This document shows, in pieces, positions 36,182 through 44,941 of a stretch of DNA of 64,000 nucleotides. Origin of the DNA: Chloroflexota bacterium (GTDB lineage: Bacteria; Chloroflexota; UBA6077; SHYK01). The stretch's first letter is position 1, and each line of letters begins with the position of its first letter. Both the position numbers and the translations under genes were made by a program. The stretch spans positions 16,534-80,533 of the forward strand of contig SHYK01000006.1 of the NCBI GenBank assembly GCA_009692845.1. Direction: 5' to 3'. The notes under the pieces were generated by a model that saw nothing but the letters and a program-made list of their open reading frames with translations, was not told the DNA's origin and made no database searches.

Positions 36182-37999
36182 GTGAGTGAGGACCGGGGCG
36201 GCCCAACGGCGGAGGACACCACCCCCGATATCGCTTATCGGGAGCTGGTTTACCACGAGGCGGAGCGACTCTACGAGTTCGCTGTTCTGATGGTAGAAAA
36301 GCCGATCGTCGCTCAGGAACTATTGATGAGCGCCTTCGAGCGCACCTGGACGTCGCTCCGCAAGGACCAGATCTACATGGACGTTGATGAGGCGGCGTAC
36401 TGGCAGGTAACCCGAGAAGCTGCCCAGCTCCTGGGCCGCACCGGCACGAGGAGCTTCCAGCCGCCGACCACCAGTGACGACCGCCATATCACGGCCGTGG
36501 GTATTTTGGATCGGTTTCCGGCTGAGCAGCGCGCGGCCATTTATCTGGCCTGCCGAATGGGGACCGACTACCAGTTTGCTGGAGCAAGCGGAGGAATTGG
36601 AGAGACGCGGGCGCGGGATGTCATTGTGGCCGCCCGCCAGGAATACCGGGAGGCGCGAGAGCACTGGGCGCCCTCCGTCCCGGACTGCTCGCGCATCACG
36701 CCCTTTCTGTCCGCCCGGGCCGACGGACAGCTCCACCCTCAGGACCGAGAACGGGTGGAGGCGCATCTCTCGTCGTGCCCGGTCTGCACCTCGACCGCAC
36801 GTCTGTTTGCGGATTTCTCGACGGCACTCAAAGAACTGCGGCTTCCGTCGCCGGAATCCGACGTGGTCGAGGACGCGCTCGGAATCGCCACCGGACAGAG
36901 GGCGCGGGAGGCCCCAAGCTGGCGGCGACGCTTGGTCAGGCTGGCGACCGGGCCACTGGCGCTGATCCCGTTCTTCATCATCGGCGCCTTTCTACTTCGT
37001 CGTTGCGAGCCGGTTGCGGTGGACACGGGCCTTGGAAGAACCAATGACATCGTCTATGCCAGGGCGACTGGCGGCGACTCTATCCTGGTCCTGGACTCCG
37101 GCAATGGCCGAGAGCTCAATCGACTCCCGGCCGGTTTCTTGGCGCTGAGCGGGATCGGTGTGTTCGGGGAGTCGCCGAACTGCACGGCGGGGGGCTGCCG
37201 GACGACTTTGCTGATGACCGACACTGCTACCGGTGCTACGTCCACCATCGGCAACGTGGCCGGGCACTTGCATACGGTGGCGACCACGGAACAGGCGGCT
37301 TATCTGGTAGATGAAGACGCGGCTTGGAATGAATTGGTCGTCGTGAGTCTGGACCGGGGGTCGGTCACCGGCCGTCTCCGCGCTCCGCCTGAAATACAGG
37401 AGGCGTTTGGCCCGCGACTCCCCGTCCTGGGGCGGGACGGCAAGACGCTTTTGACGCTCGGCCGGCAATCGCAGGTAGAGGGTCTGGCTCTGGTCAGTAC
37501 CGATCTGTCAACCCTTCAGGTGAAAAGCTGGCTTCCCTTGCCCGGATCGACGGTCCTCGGGGTGGGATTGGTGCCGTCTCGTGATGGCACCCACGTGTTC
37601 GTGTACTTCCCGGCCGGCCCCACGGTGTTGGACGTCGATCTCATCAAGGGTGAGACGAGGCAGAGTTTGGGCATCGGGGAGGTGGGCATCGCGCCTGGCC
37701 GGACCGGTGCCGACAATGTGGCCAAACTCATTGCGGCCGACCCGAAAGGGGAGTTGCTCTATTGCGCGCTCCCTTCGGGGGGCGTGGCCGTCGTGAAGGC
37801 GGCGCCCTTCGCCCTGGTCAGCACGCTGGCCACCGACCGGCAATACCGGGCGGTGGAGGTGAGCAGCGACGGAGCTTCCCTTATCACACTTGGTTTTGAC
37901 GGCAGCTATCAACTGCTTGACGCGGCGACCGGCAAAGAGCGGTATCGACGGCCCCAGGTGCGAGCTGACGATATCCTCCAGGTCAATGCTGGCGCCTGA
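36182..37999 (+). CDS. single polypeptide combining an ECF-sigma-like domain, a zf-HC2 anti-sigma motif, a TM helix and an extracytoplasmic beta-propeller-like domain
   Basis: 605 aa with a GTG start. Domain evidence:
- Sigma region-2-like: LYEFAVLMVEKPIVAQELLMSAFERTW.
- Sigma region-4-like: LDRFPAEQRAAIYLACRMGTDYQFAGASGGIGETRARDVIVAARQEY.
- zf-HC2: CSRITPFLSARADGQLHPQDRERVEAHLSSCPVC.
- TM helix: LATGPLALIPFFIIGAFLL.
- Roughly 320-aa repeat-like C-terminal domain. Confidence 0.7.
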   Translation: MSEDRGGPTAEDTTPDIAYRELVYHEAERLYEFAVLMVEKPIVAQELLMSAFERTWTSLRKDQIYMDVDEAAYWQVTREAAQLLGRTGTRSFQPPTTSDDRHITAVGILDRFPAEQRAAIYLACRMGTDYQFAGASGGIGETRARDVIVAARQEYREAREHWAPSVPDCSRITPFLSARADGQLHPQDRERVEAHLSSCPVCTSTARLFADFSTALKELRLPSPESDVVEDALGIATGQRAREAPSWRRRLVRLATGPLALIPFFIIGAFLLRRCEPVAVDTGLGRTNDIVYARATGGDSILVLDSGNGRELNRLPAGFLALSGIGVFGESPNCTAGGCRTTLLMTDTATGATSTIGNVAGHLHTVATTEQAAYLVDEDAAWNELVVVSLDRGSVTGRLRAPPEIQEAFGPRLPVLGRDGKTLLTLGRQSQVEGLALVSTDLSTLQVKSWLPLPGSTVLGVGLVPSRDGTHVFVYFPAGPTVLDVDLIKGETRQSLGIGEVGIAPGRTGADNVAKLIAADPKGELLYCALPSGGVAVVKAAPFALVSTLATDRQYRAVEVSSDGASLITLGFDGSYQLLDAATGKERYRRPQVRADDILQVNAGA

Positions 38000-38007
38000 G
38001 CCCAAAC

Positions 38008-38892
38008 TTACTTGCGTTCTCCAACGGTGACCGCGGTATCCATGAGCTCCCCGCCCCTAATGAGGTGAACCAGGGGCCGTTCACCGACCCGCTCGGGGGT
38101 GAGGATCGCCCGGAGGTCTCCTCCGTCCTCAAGATTCTGATCACCCAGGGTCAGCATCACGTCGCCCAGCAACAGCCCTGAGGTATCGGCCGGAGAAGCA
38201 GGCTCCACACCGGAAATGAGTAGAGCGGCCGCCTGCTGGATGCCGAGCTTCTCGCGGAGCGATTGAGTGAGGGCCACCGATTGGGTGACGACGCCGATGT
38301 AGCCCCGTTGGACCTTGCCGCCGGCGAGCAGTGTTTCGGCGGTCTCGACCACTGAGTCGAGCGCTACCACCATGCCGGCTCCGGCCCGGGAGCGGGAGCT
38401 GTTGAGGCCAACCATGCGCCCAGCCGCATCGAGTAGCGGCCCGCCGGAAAAACCCGGGTACAGGAGCGCATCGGTCTGGATCATCGAAGCGCCACCGCCG
38501 CGTCTGCGCCCAGCGCCCCGGACGGCATTGACCAGGCCAATCGTGGCCATAACCCGTTCGCTGAGCCGGCCGATAGCCAAGACCAGGTGCCCGACCTTGG
38601 GCGGTTCCCCTCTGGGCAGGGACGGAAAGCCATTGGTGGCCACCCGGACGAGGCCCACATCGCGATCCGGATCGCGCCCAACGATCGTGGCCGGCAGGGA
38701 TTTGCCGTCCGGCAGGGTCACGGTGATGTCCTGGCCCCGTTCCAGAACGTGGTCGGCAGTCACGATCAGCCCGTCGGTGTCCCAGATTACCCCGGTCCCC
38801 TGGCTACGCTGGTTGCGCGCTTCTACACGTACCACGCTCGGCGAAACGCGCTCGACGGTATTCGCGACCGCGTCCGAAAAAGTGGTCAGCAT
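38008..38892 (-). CDS. HtrA/DegP-like S1C serine protease with a PDZ domain
   Basis: Start at ATG 38892 (MLTTFSDAVANTVERVSPSVVRV...). Triad context TADHVL, DVGLVRV and PGFSGGPLLD, with a C-terminal PDZ-like domain. No signal peptide is evident. Confidence 0.8.
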   Translation of the reverse strand: MLTTFSDAVANTVERVSPSVVRVEARNQRSQGTGVIWDTDGLIVTADHVLERGQDITVTLPDGKSLPATIVGRDPDRDVGLVRVATNGFPSLPRGEPPKVGHLVLAIGRLSERVMATIGLVNAVRGAGRRRGGGASMIQTDALLYPGFSGGPLLDAAGRMVGLNSSRSRAGAGMVVALDSVVETAETLLAGGKVQRGYIGVVTQSVALTQSLREKLGIQQAAALLISGVEPASPADTSGLLLGDVMLTLGDQNLEDGGDLRAILTPERVGERPLVHLIRGGELMDTAVTVGERK

Positions 38893-38915
38893 GGCGACCG
38901 AATCCACCTCTAAGC

Positions 38916-39434
38916 TCACGATTCGCTCCCTTCTGCATGATCCAACTTGGTGGCCGGCGAACTGGCCACGCGAGAACTGGTGACTGGAGAAATGGCGGCC
39001 GACGAAATAGAGGGCGGCGCACCGGTGGCTGGGAAAAGGCGGGAGATGAATGTCCTGGCAAAGGCTTCGGCCGTAACCCCATTCTGCAAGGATGGCGAGT
39101 CGGTGGGGCCAACCAATGGGCCCGCCCACTCAACGCGAAGACCGGCCGCGGCCAGCTGCTCCAGTGCCCGCTCAGCCGCGGCAAGTGAGGCCGGCGCATG
39201 CTTGGCAAGGGCTACCAAATCGAGGGCGGTGGCAACCCGCTCGATCCGGGCCTCGGGCATTGGGCCTTCGCTAACCTCTAGACACTGATCGGAGCCGATC
39301 ACCACCGTAGCCAATGCTTCACTGGCGCCATCCGCGATCACGACGACTTCGCCAGGCGCAATGGTCCGGTCCCCCGAGTCGACGAGGAGCACGGGGCTTC
39401 CCCGCGCAATCCGCACGCCACAGAGGGGACTCAT
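38916..39434 (-). CDS. hypothetical protein; N-terminus resembles RicT/YaaT (PSP1-type) proteins commonly found after holB
   Basis: Its ATG at 39434 overlaps the holB TGA (ATGA). The sequence is MSPLCGVRIARGSPVLLVDSGDRTIAPGEVVVIADGASEALATVV... The remainder is low complexity, so the family assignment is tentative. Confidence 0.45.
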   Translation of the reverse strand: MSPLCGVRIARGSPVLLVDSGDRTIAPGEVVVIADGASEALATVVIGSDQCLEVSEGPMPEARIERVATALDLVALAKHAPASLAAAERALEQLAAAGLRVEWAGPLVGPTDSPSLQNGVTAEAFARTFISRLFPATGAPPSISSAAISPVTSSRVASSPATKLDHAEGSES

Positions 39435-40426
39435 CTGGAGGGCAGAGCCGGAAGCGGCTGAATGGGCAGCCTGGGCCACAGCAGCAGGAGACTTTCCAGG
39501 GCCAGCCGAGGGTGGGCATTGGCTTTGAGCGCCTCGAGCGTATCAAGAGTCGCCGCCAAGGCGGTGCGCACGTCGGCCAGGTCGAGGGATTGGCCCGAAG
39601 TCAGGTCCAAGTTCTGCCATTGGCCAGTGAGCCCCGCTTTCGATAGAGCGAGCCCCCGCCAGGCGTCGATCCATATCTCCAGCACGTCCAATACCTGCTC
39701 ATTGTGTCCACTCCAGCGGTCAGCCAATGTGTCGGCATACTTCAGCCGATCCAGGCGGCTCGACTGGAGCAGCTCCGCCAGGTCCCGTCCCCGTTGCCGC
39801 TGCTCATCCTGGATTTCGGGCTGCTGCTGAGCCAGGATGGCCCAGCCGGGCAGCCCGTGACTTAGCTCCGCGATCGTTCGCGCCTGTGACGCGTCTACTG
39901 CCAGATTCGCGGTCAAATGCTCTTGAATGACCTCGGCTGGGACCCGACGGAGAGAAAGGCGATGGCATCTCGACACCACGGTCGGCAGCAGGCGAGCCGG
40001 GTCGGTCGCCGTCAGGAGGAGGGTGACCGCCGGAGGCGGCTCCTCGATCGTCTTCAGGAGCGCGTTGGCTCCATCTTCGGAGAGGAGGTCGGCGGAATCG
40101 ATAATGTAGACCTTGCGCTCCGCCTCCAGGGGCTTGAGGGCGATGCCCTGAGTGAACTCGTGGACGTCGCGGATGGGAATCGTCCTCCGATCGGCCGGGA
40201 GCTCCAGAATCCGCAGATCCGGATGGATCCGACGTCCGACCAGCTGACAATGGCGACACTGGCCGCAGCCGGTCTGCTTCTCGCACAGCAGGACCTGGGC
40301 CATCGCGAGAGCGGTGGTTAGCTTGCCCACGTGGGTAGGGCCAGTCAGTAGATAGGCGTGGTGAGCACGGCCCTCCGCGAGGACCCGTCGAATGAAATCG
40401 ATGACCCACTCGTGGCCAATATTCAC
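39431..40426 (-). CDS. holB: DNA polymerase III delta-prime subunit
   Basis: 331 aa with HAYLLTGPTHVGKLTTA, a zinc module (CGQCRHCQ) and VYIIDSADLLSEDGANALLKTIEEPP. Confidence 0.85.
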   Translation of the reverse strand: MNIGHEWVIDFIRRVLAEGRAHHAYLLTGPTHVGKLTTALAMAQVLLCEKQTGCGQCRHCQLVGRRIHPDLRILELPADRRTIPIRDVHEFTQGIALKPLEAERKVYIIDSADLLSEDGANALLKTIEEPPPAVTLLLTATDPARLLPTVVSRCHRLSLRRVPAEVIQEHLTANLAVDASQARTIAELSHGLPGWAILAQQQPEIQDEQRQRGRDLAELLQSSRLDRLKYADTLADRWSGHNEQVLDVLEIWIDAWRGLALSKAGLTGQWQNLDLTSGQSLDLADVRTALAATLDTLEALKANAHPRLALESLLLLWPRLPIQPLPALPSR

Positions 40427-40444
40427 GGCGTTGGTCGGGAGCGT

Positions 40445-41074
40445 CTAGACGGCCGTCCGGCTCGCCGCCCCGTCCGTTGAAGCGGCCACTGGCGCCGCTG
40501 GGTGCCGTTGGGGTCCCTGGCTGGAAAATTCCTGGTTGGCCGCCATCATCTCTTCTTCGACCAATGCGGTTGGATCCCAGTCTTTTCTGATCTGGGAGCT
40601 GATCACGCGGAAGTCCTGCCGCAGGTCGTCGAGGGTGGCTCGGCCCCAGTAGTAGTAGCCGTTGTAGACCTTGTAGATCGTCAAGTCCGGATAGAGGATG
40701 TAATCCCTGGGAAGGTCAGGATGGGCTCGCGAGGTCACTTCCACCAAGCCCATCGCTTCCTGCGCGACCCGATCCGCATCCGAGAGAATGCTGAAGTTGG
40801 CGCCCAGCCCAGCACGGAGGGCGGCATTCTCTCGCCACGAATCCACGCTAATGGCCACAACCTTGGTGTAGGCGACGGCCAGCTCTTTTTCGAATTCAAC
40901 CAGGTGGCGCAACTGCACCAAGCATTTCCCTCAATACCAACCTCGGAAGAAAAAGATCGCCAGCGGGTCTCGCCCCCCGGCGATTTCCGAGATGTGAACC
41001 ATCTTCCCGGTGTGATCCGGCAAGGCGATATCGGGGAATTTGGCCCCGGGCCCAAAGTCCGAAAGCTTCACCAT
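40445..41074 (-). CDS. peroxiredoxin-like (AhpC/TSA, PRX-like2-type) protein with one in-frame TGA at the first Cys of CxxC; candidate selenoprotein, otherwise a nonsense pseudogene
   Basis: ATG 41074 is preceded by AAAGGGGGAG. ORFs 40931..41122 and 40445..40921 are in the same frame, separated only by TGA at 40931-40933: ...DPLAIFFFRGWY[TGA]GKCLVQLRHLVEFEKELAVAYTKVVAISVDS... Confidence 0.6.
40903..40919 (-). other. short hairpin 12 nt downstream of the in-frame UGA (candidate bacterial SECIS)
   Basis: RNA GGUGC-AGUUGC-G(C)CACC: 5 bp with one bulged C and a G/U-containing apical loop starting 17 nt after the UGA. The stem is weak. Confidence 0.3.
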
Positions 41075-41261
41075 GCTCGCTCCCCCTTTCACTCGCGGGC
41101 GCTCCGCGGTTAGTCTGCTCAACGGCTTCCGAGTCTACATCAGTGCGCAGCCTTGTGGCAGGGCCCTGGGCAACGCGGCCGCCGCGTACAGGTGCGTGCA
41201 CGCATGTGTGGGCCAGATGTGTCCAGGCGGGATCGCCTCGGTGGCGGCCGGGCGAAGAAGC

Positions 41262-43661
41262 TTAGACCGCTAGGGCGGGGGCTGGCTCTGCGAGTGGTGA
41301 TGCTGGTGTAGCGGTCTCGAGAGGCTCAACGTATTTCACCACGAGCGGACGGACATTTTCCATAAGCGGGTCGAACAGGCCCGGTGATTCGCTCAGGACG
41401 GCCTCCAGATCTTCGCGGTCCAGGGCCTTGTCCAATCGCTGGAGGCTCGCGGTGCGGAGGCGATCGACGTAGTAGGCCGCATCGTACGCCGAGGGCGGGT
41501 CCGATAGGAGCCGCTTTCCGGACCGGGTCTGGTAGTAGCGGATGCGAGTGCCGGTTTTCCACGTGGGGTTACCCGCGTTAATCCACACCTCATAGGGTTC
41601 TTCTTTGCGCTCGCTCGATGCATATTTCTCAGGGTCCTTGGTGAGGGGCATGGTCACGCAGAGGTCGGCGACTGGAACCCGACCGGCCCGGAGATCGGCG
41701 CAAGTTGCCCGGTACAACTGCTGGAGGCTGGACACATCGCCCCGGAGCAAGGCCAACAGTGCCTGGCTCAAAAAATGGTCGATGAATGGTTCCAGCTTCG
41801 TCGAGCGGAAAGCCGAGCCGACCAGGCGTACTCTCGTGCTTAGGGTTGGCTCAACATCGGAAGAATAGTCGAGTAGGGCGTAGTTCTTTTCCATGTAGCT
41901 GTACATCGAGCGATAGCGGCCGTCATGCTCCAGATGGATCCCGGCCGGAAGCAGCCCGGCGACCTCGTCGATCAAGGCCGCTTCGGTTTGGTATGACCAG
42001 GGCTCACCATCGGCGCGCGTCGGCAGGCTGAACAGCACCCCGTCGGTGTCGGCCTCGATGAGGATGGCACTCCGGGCCTCCAGCCCGTCCAGCACCATCT
42101 GGAGAATGTCGCGGCCGCGAGCGGTGACTTGTTCGGCGGCGGATTTGTCACAGAAGAGCGCGAAGCTCGCGCCCAACATTCCGTAGAAGGAGTTGATGAG
42201 CACCTTCATGGCACCCTGCATCGCCTCCTCGAACCGACGCTCATCGGCGCTAAGCTCAGCGTTGCGAGCCTGGGCTTTGTGGTGCAGCCGCCGTCCGGTG
42301 AGCTCTTCGAGCAGAGTCAGGAAGGCGCCCGCCTGGTCGCTGGCCGGGGCGATTCGCTCGGCGAGCATGATGCTGGGGTAGAGCGAGGCCACGTCGGCTT
42401 TGACCACGTTGTCGACGATCCCGGTCGCGAAGATGCCAGTTCGGCCGCCCGCAAAGGAGCCAACCGCCTGACCGGAGGGAAGCGAGTGGCCGCCAGCCAG
42501 ATAAGCGCGGACCAGCAGGGGCTCGATGAGTCCCTGTCCCGTCCCAGCGGTGGCGATGCGCTCATACGACTTGGGGACCATCGAGGCCAGGGCGAAGGAG
42601 GGGCCTAGCAAGATGGTGGAAAGGGAGGCGACCTCCTCTACATCATTCATGCAGTAGGCTCGCACCAGGGCGGGGTCGCGCAGGAAAGTGGGATAAACCT
42701 CCGCCCCTTCCAGGTACACGCGATCCGGGGGAGCGACGCCAAAGTAACGAGCGGCTTCCTTGAGCCCGTTGCTCCTTAGATCGCGCTGGATCGCGCTATA
42801 GCGTTTAGTGGCGTGAAAGGTATCGACGATCTCGCGGCCGACCAGGCTGAACCGCGTGAATCCTTCGTTGATGGCACCGACCTTGACGGAATCGCGGCTC
42901 TCGGTAAAGGTCGAGCCATCGCGGCCGAGCGGCAGGGGCACCCCCAAAGCATGAGCGCGACGTACCAGGAACCGGATGTCGAATTCGAAGATGTTGTGGT
43001 TCTCAATGATGTCGGGATCTCGCTCGCGCACGATGCGAACGAATTCGCCGATGAGCTCCGCTTCCGACATGGAGGTCGTGTCCAAAATCGTGGCGAACCC
43101 ATCGGAATCCCGGATGGCGACCATGAAGATGTGATGGGCGTTCGCATCGAGGCCGGAGGTCTCCAGATCGAACTGCAGTCGCCGGACGTCGTGATAGCTC
43201 ATGCCCTGGTAGTAGGTGCGGCCGGAGATGGTCAGATATTGCTCGAGGGCGGGCCGGACGTAGATGAGCTGGGAAAGCGGCTCGGTGAAGCGTCCCTCTT
43301 CGTGGCCCTGGCGGGCCGCCTCGATGACCCGGCGCTCGACCTCGTCCAATTGGTCCGTGAGCACGAGATAGCCAAAGTGGTTATCGCCAGCGAGCTTGAC
43401 CAATCCCACGGAGCCTTGGAGATTCGCCCCCCCAGTGGCCAGCACCGACGCATCCAATTCCTGGACAGGCAGGCCGTCGACTAGCTCCGGGCGGGCGAGA
43501 AAGAACCAGCTGGGATAGGTGGCTTCCTCGTAGCGCACCCGGCCATCGACTCGTCGCCAGATGCGGGCGTGGCCCGAGCGATCGGCTAGTACGGACACGA
43601 TGCCAGGAGTGGGGTCGGATCCGAAGAGCAGAGCCGGGCGGATTGGGGAAGGGGCGATCAA
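41262..43661 (-). CDS. polB: family B DNA polymerase (Pol II-like)
   Basis: 799 aa. Exonuclease motifs FDLETSG, NHNIFEFDIRFL and YCMNDVEE. Polymerase motifs DVASLYPSIM, KVLINSFYGMLG, IEADTDGVLF and KNYALL. Confidence 0.85.
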   Translation of the reverse strand: MIAPSPIRPALLFGSDPTPGIVSVLADRSGHARIWRRVDGRVRYEEATYPSWFFLARPELVDGLPVQELDASVLATGGANLQGSVGLVKLAGDNHFGYLVLTDQLDEVERRVIEAARQGHEEGRFTEPLSQLIYVRPALEQYLTISGRTYYQGMSYHDVRRLQFDLETSGLDANAHHIFMVAIRDSDGFATILDTTSMSEAELIGEFVRIVRERDPDIIENHNIFEFDIRFLVRRAHALGVPLPLGRDGSTFTESRDSVKVGAINEGFTRFSLVGREIVDTFHATKRYSAIQRDLRSNGLKEAARYFGVAPPDRVYLEGAEVYPTFLRDPALVRAYCMNDVEEVASLSTILLGPSFALASMVPKSYERIATAGTGQGLIEPLLVRAYLAGGHSLPSGQAVGSFAGGRTGIFATGIVDNVVKADVASLYPSIMLAERIAPASDQAGAFLTLLEELTGRRLHHKAQARNAELSADERRFEEAMQGAMKVLINSFYGMLGASFALFCDKSAAEQVTARGRDILQMVLDGLEARSAILIEADTDGVLFSLPTRADGEPWSYQTEAALIDEVAGLLPAGIHLEHDGRYRSMYSYMEKNYALLDYSSDVEPTLSTRVRLVGSAFRSTKLEPFIDHFLSQALLALLRGDVSSLQQLYRATCADLRAGRVPVADLCVTMPLTKDPEKYASSERKEEPYEVWINAGNPTWKTGTRIRYYQTRSGKRLLSDPPSAYDAAYYVDRLRTASLQRLDKALDREDLEAVLSESPGLFDPLMENVRPLVVKYVEPLETATPASPLAEPAPALAV

Positions 43662-43685
43662 TCGAGGTGAAAAGGCTCGCGCTGC

Positions 43686-44873
43686 TTAGTCGTGGACGTA
43701 GACCGGCGTGCCTACCGTGGCGAATTCCCAGAAGAAGAGCGAATCGTCATAGGCCATTCCCAGGCAGCCGTGACTGCCCGTATAGCCCCAGTTGCTGCGC
43801 CAATAGTTGTAGTGGAGGGCGGCGCCATCGCCGCTGAAATACTGAGTGAACAGCACGTCCTTGAGGTAATAGCCGTCCGGAGACATCCGGGGAATGCCCA
43901 GGGTGAGGCTGTCCATCGTCTCGTTCGCTACTCGGCGGAGGATGCGGAATACGCCGGTGGGGGTTTCAAAAGTGGTTCTACCCTTCACGGCTAGAGCCGA
44001 GAAGACCGGCCGGTCGTCGTCGTAAGCTGTAAGCATCACGGGCTCCGAGATGCTGGCATCGATCCAGCGGCCGGGGAAGGTCCGATCCGGAGGTTGAGGC
44101 AGACGGACGGTGGTGGCCGGTACATATTGGCCGTCCCCGACCCGGTACCATTGCTGGCCTTCGGATGTGTTCAGCTCGCCTTCGACTTGCACCGGTTGAT
44201 TGATCTCCCATCGATCCGACGCGAAATAGTCCACCCGGGCGGGTCGCTCGAACCAATCGGTGGCTTGGATGATCCGCCCGGGCAGCCCAATCGCCTCGTC
44301 GTCCGACGGTGGGTCGCCGAAGTATTCCGGCGGAGGCGGGCCGACCGGGCCGATCGTGTTGGCGTTGACGAAGAGCTGAGAGTGACTGCGGGGATCGACC
44401 GCCAGCACCCGTTTGCCGTAAACGGGGCTCAAGACCTGCAGATAGCGCCACTGGGGAATCTCGCCCCAGGCCTGGGCGTCGGAATCCGACGCTGACCAGG
44501 CGGTGGCGTTCACGTGGGTCATGGCCCACCAGGGTTGGAAGTTTTTGAGCGCGGCCAGCTCCGTCGCCGATGGCTCCTCGGTCGGGGTCAGGTCCGCCCG
44601 ATCCGCCCAGGCTAAGCCGTCGGGAAGGGGATTCCAGACCCGAACGCGACTCCCCGAGGCCGCCACTACCTGTAAGAGTAAGCCGGCTGGAGCCGGGCCA
44701 AAATTCAGCGCGTCGGAAGTCGGCCCAGACCAGAGCGTGGTCGTCGCTGCAGCGATCGCCCAATATGGGGCCGTGGTCGTTGGGGGCTGTTGCGCGGCGA
44801 CGGGGGCCACCAAGGCAACGGCGGATAGGACACACATCACACCCAGGGCAAGGCGAAAGAGGTGTTTCCGCAT
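43686..44873 (-). CDS. secreted L,D-transpeptidase (YkuD domain) with an N-terminal repeat region
   Basis: Start at ATG 44873 (MRKHLFRLALGVMCVLSAVALVAPVAAQQ signal peptide). C-terminal catalytic region HYNYWRSNWGYTGSHGCLGM. Confidence 0.85.
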   Translation of the reverse strand: MRKHLFRLALGVMCVLSAVALVAPVAAQQPPTTTAPYWAIAAATTTLWSGPTSDALNFGPAPAGLLLQVVAASGSRVRVWNPLPDGLAWADRADLTPTEEPSATELAALKNFQPWWAMTHVNATAWSASDSDAQAWGEIPQWRYLQVLSPVYGKRVLAVDPRSHSQLFVNANTIGPVGPPPPEYFGDPPSDDEAIGLPGRIIQATDWFERPARVDYFASDRWEINQPVQVEGELNTSEGQQWYRVGDGQYVPATTVRLPQPPDRTFPGRWIDASISEPVMLTAYDDDRPVFSALAVKGRTTFETPTGVFRILRRVANETMDSLTLGIPRMSPDGYYLKDVLFTQYFSGDGAALHYNYWRSNWGYTGSHGCLGMAYDDSLFFWEFATVGTPVYVHD

Positions 44874-44941
44874 CAATTCGCTCTCAGTGTACACCCCGAC
44901 GACCCTTGATTTATTCGGGGGTGGAGACACCTCCGACTTTG

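Noticed and set aside
36640-36700. The sigma/anti-sigma fusion as an artefact of a lost stop or an indel between two genes.
   Set aside because: There is no ATG, GTG or TTG near the boundary (..REAREHWAPSVPDCSRITPF..) to start a separate anti-sigma gene, and no alternative frame carries either half. It is kept as a real fusion, but the orthologue comparison is flagged.
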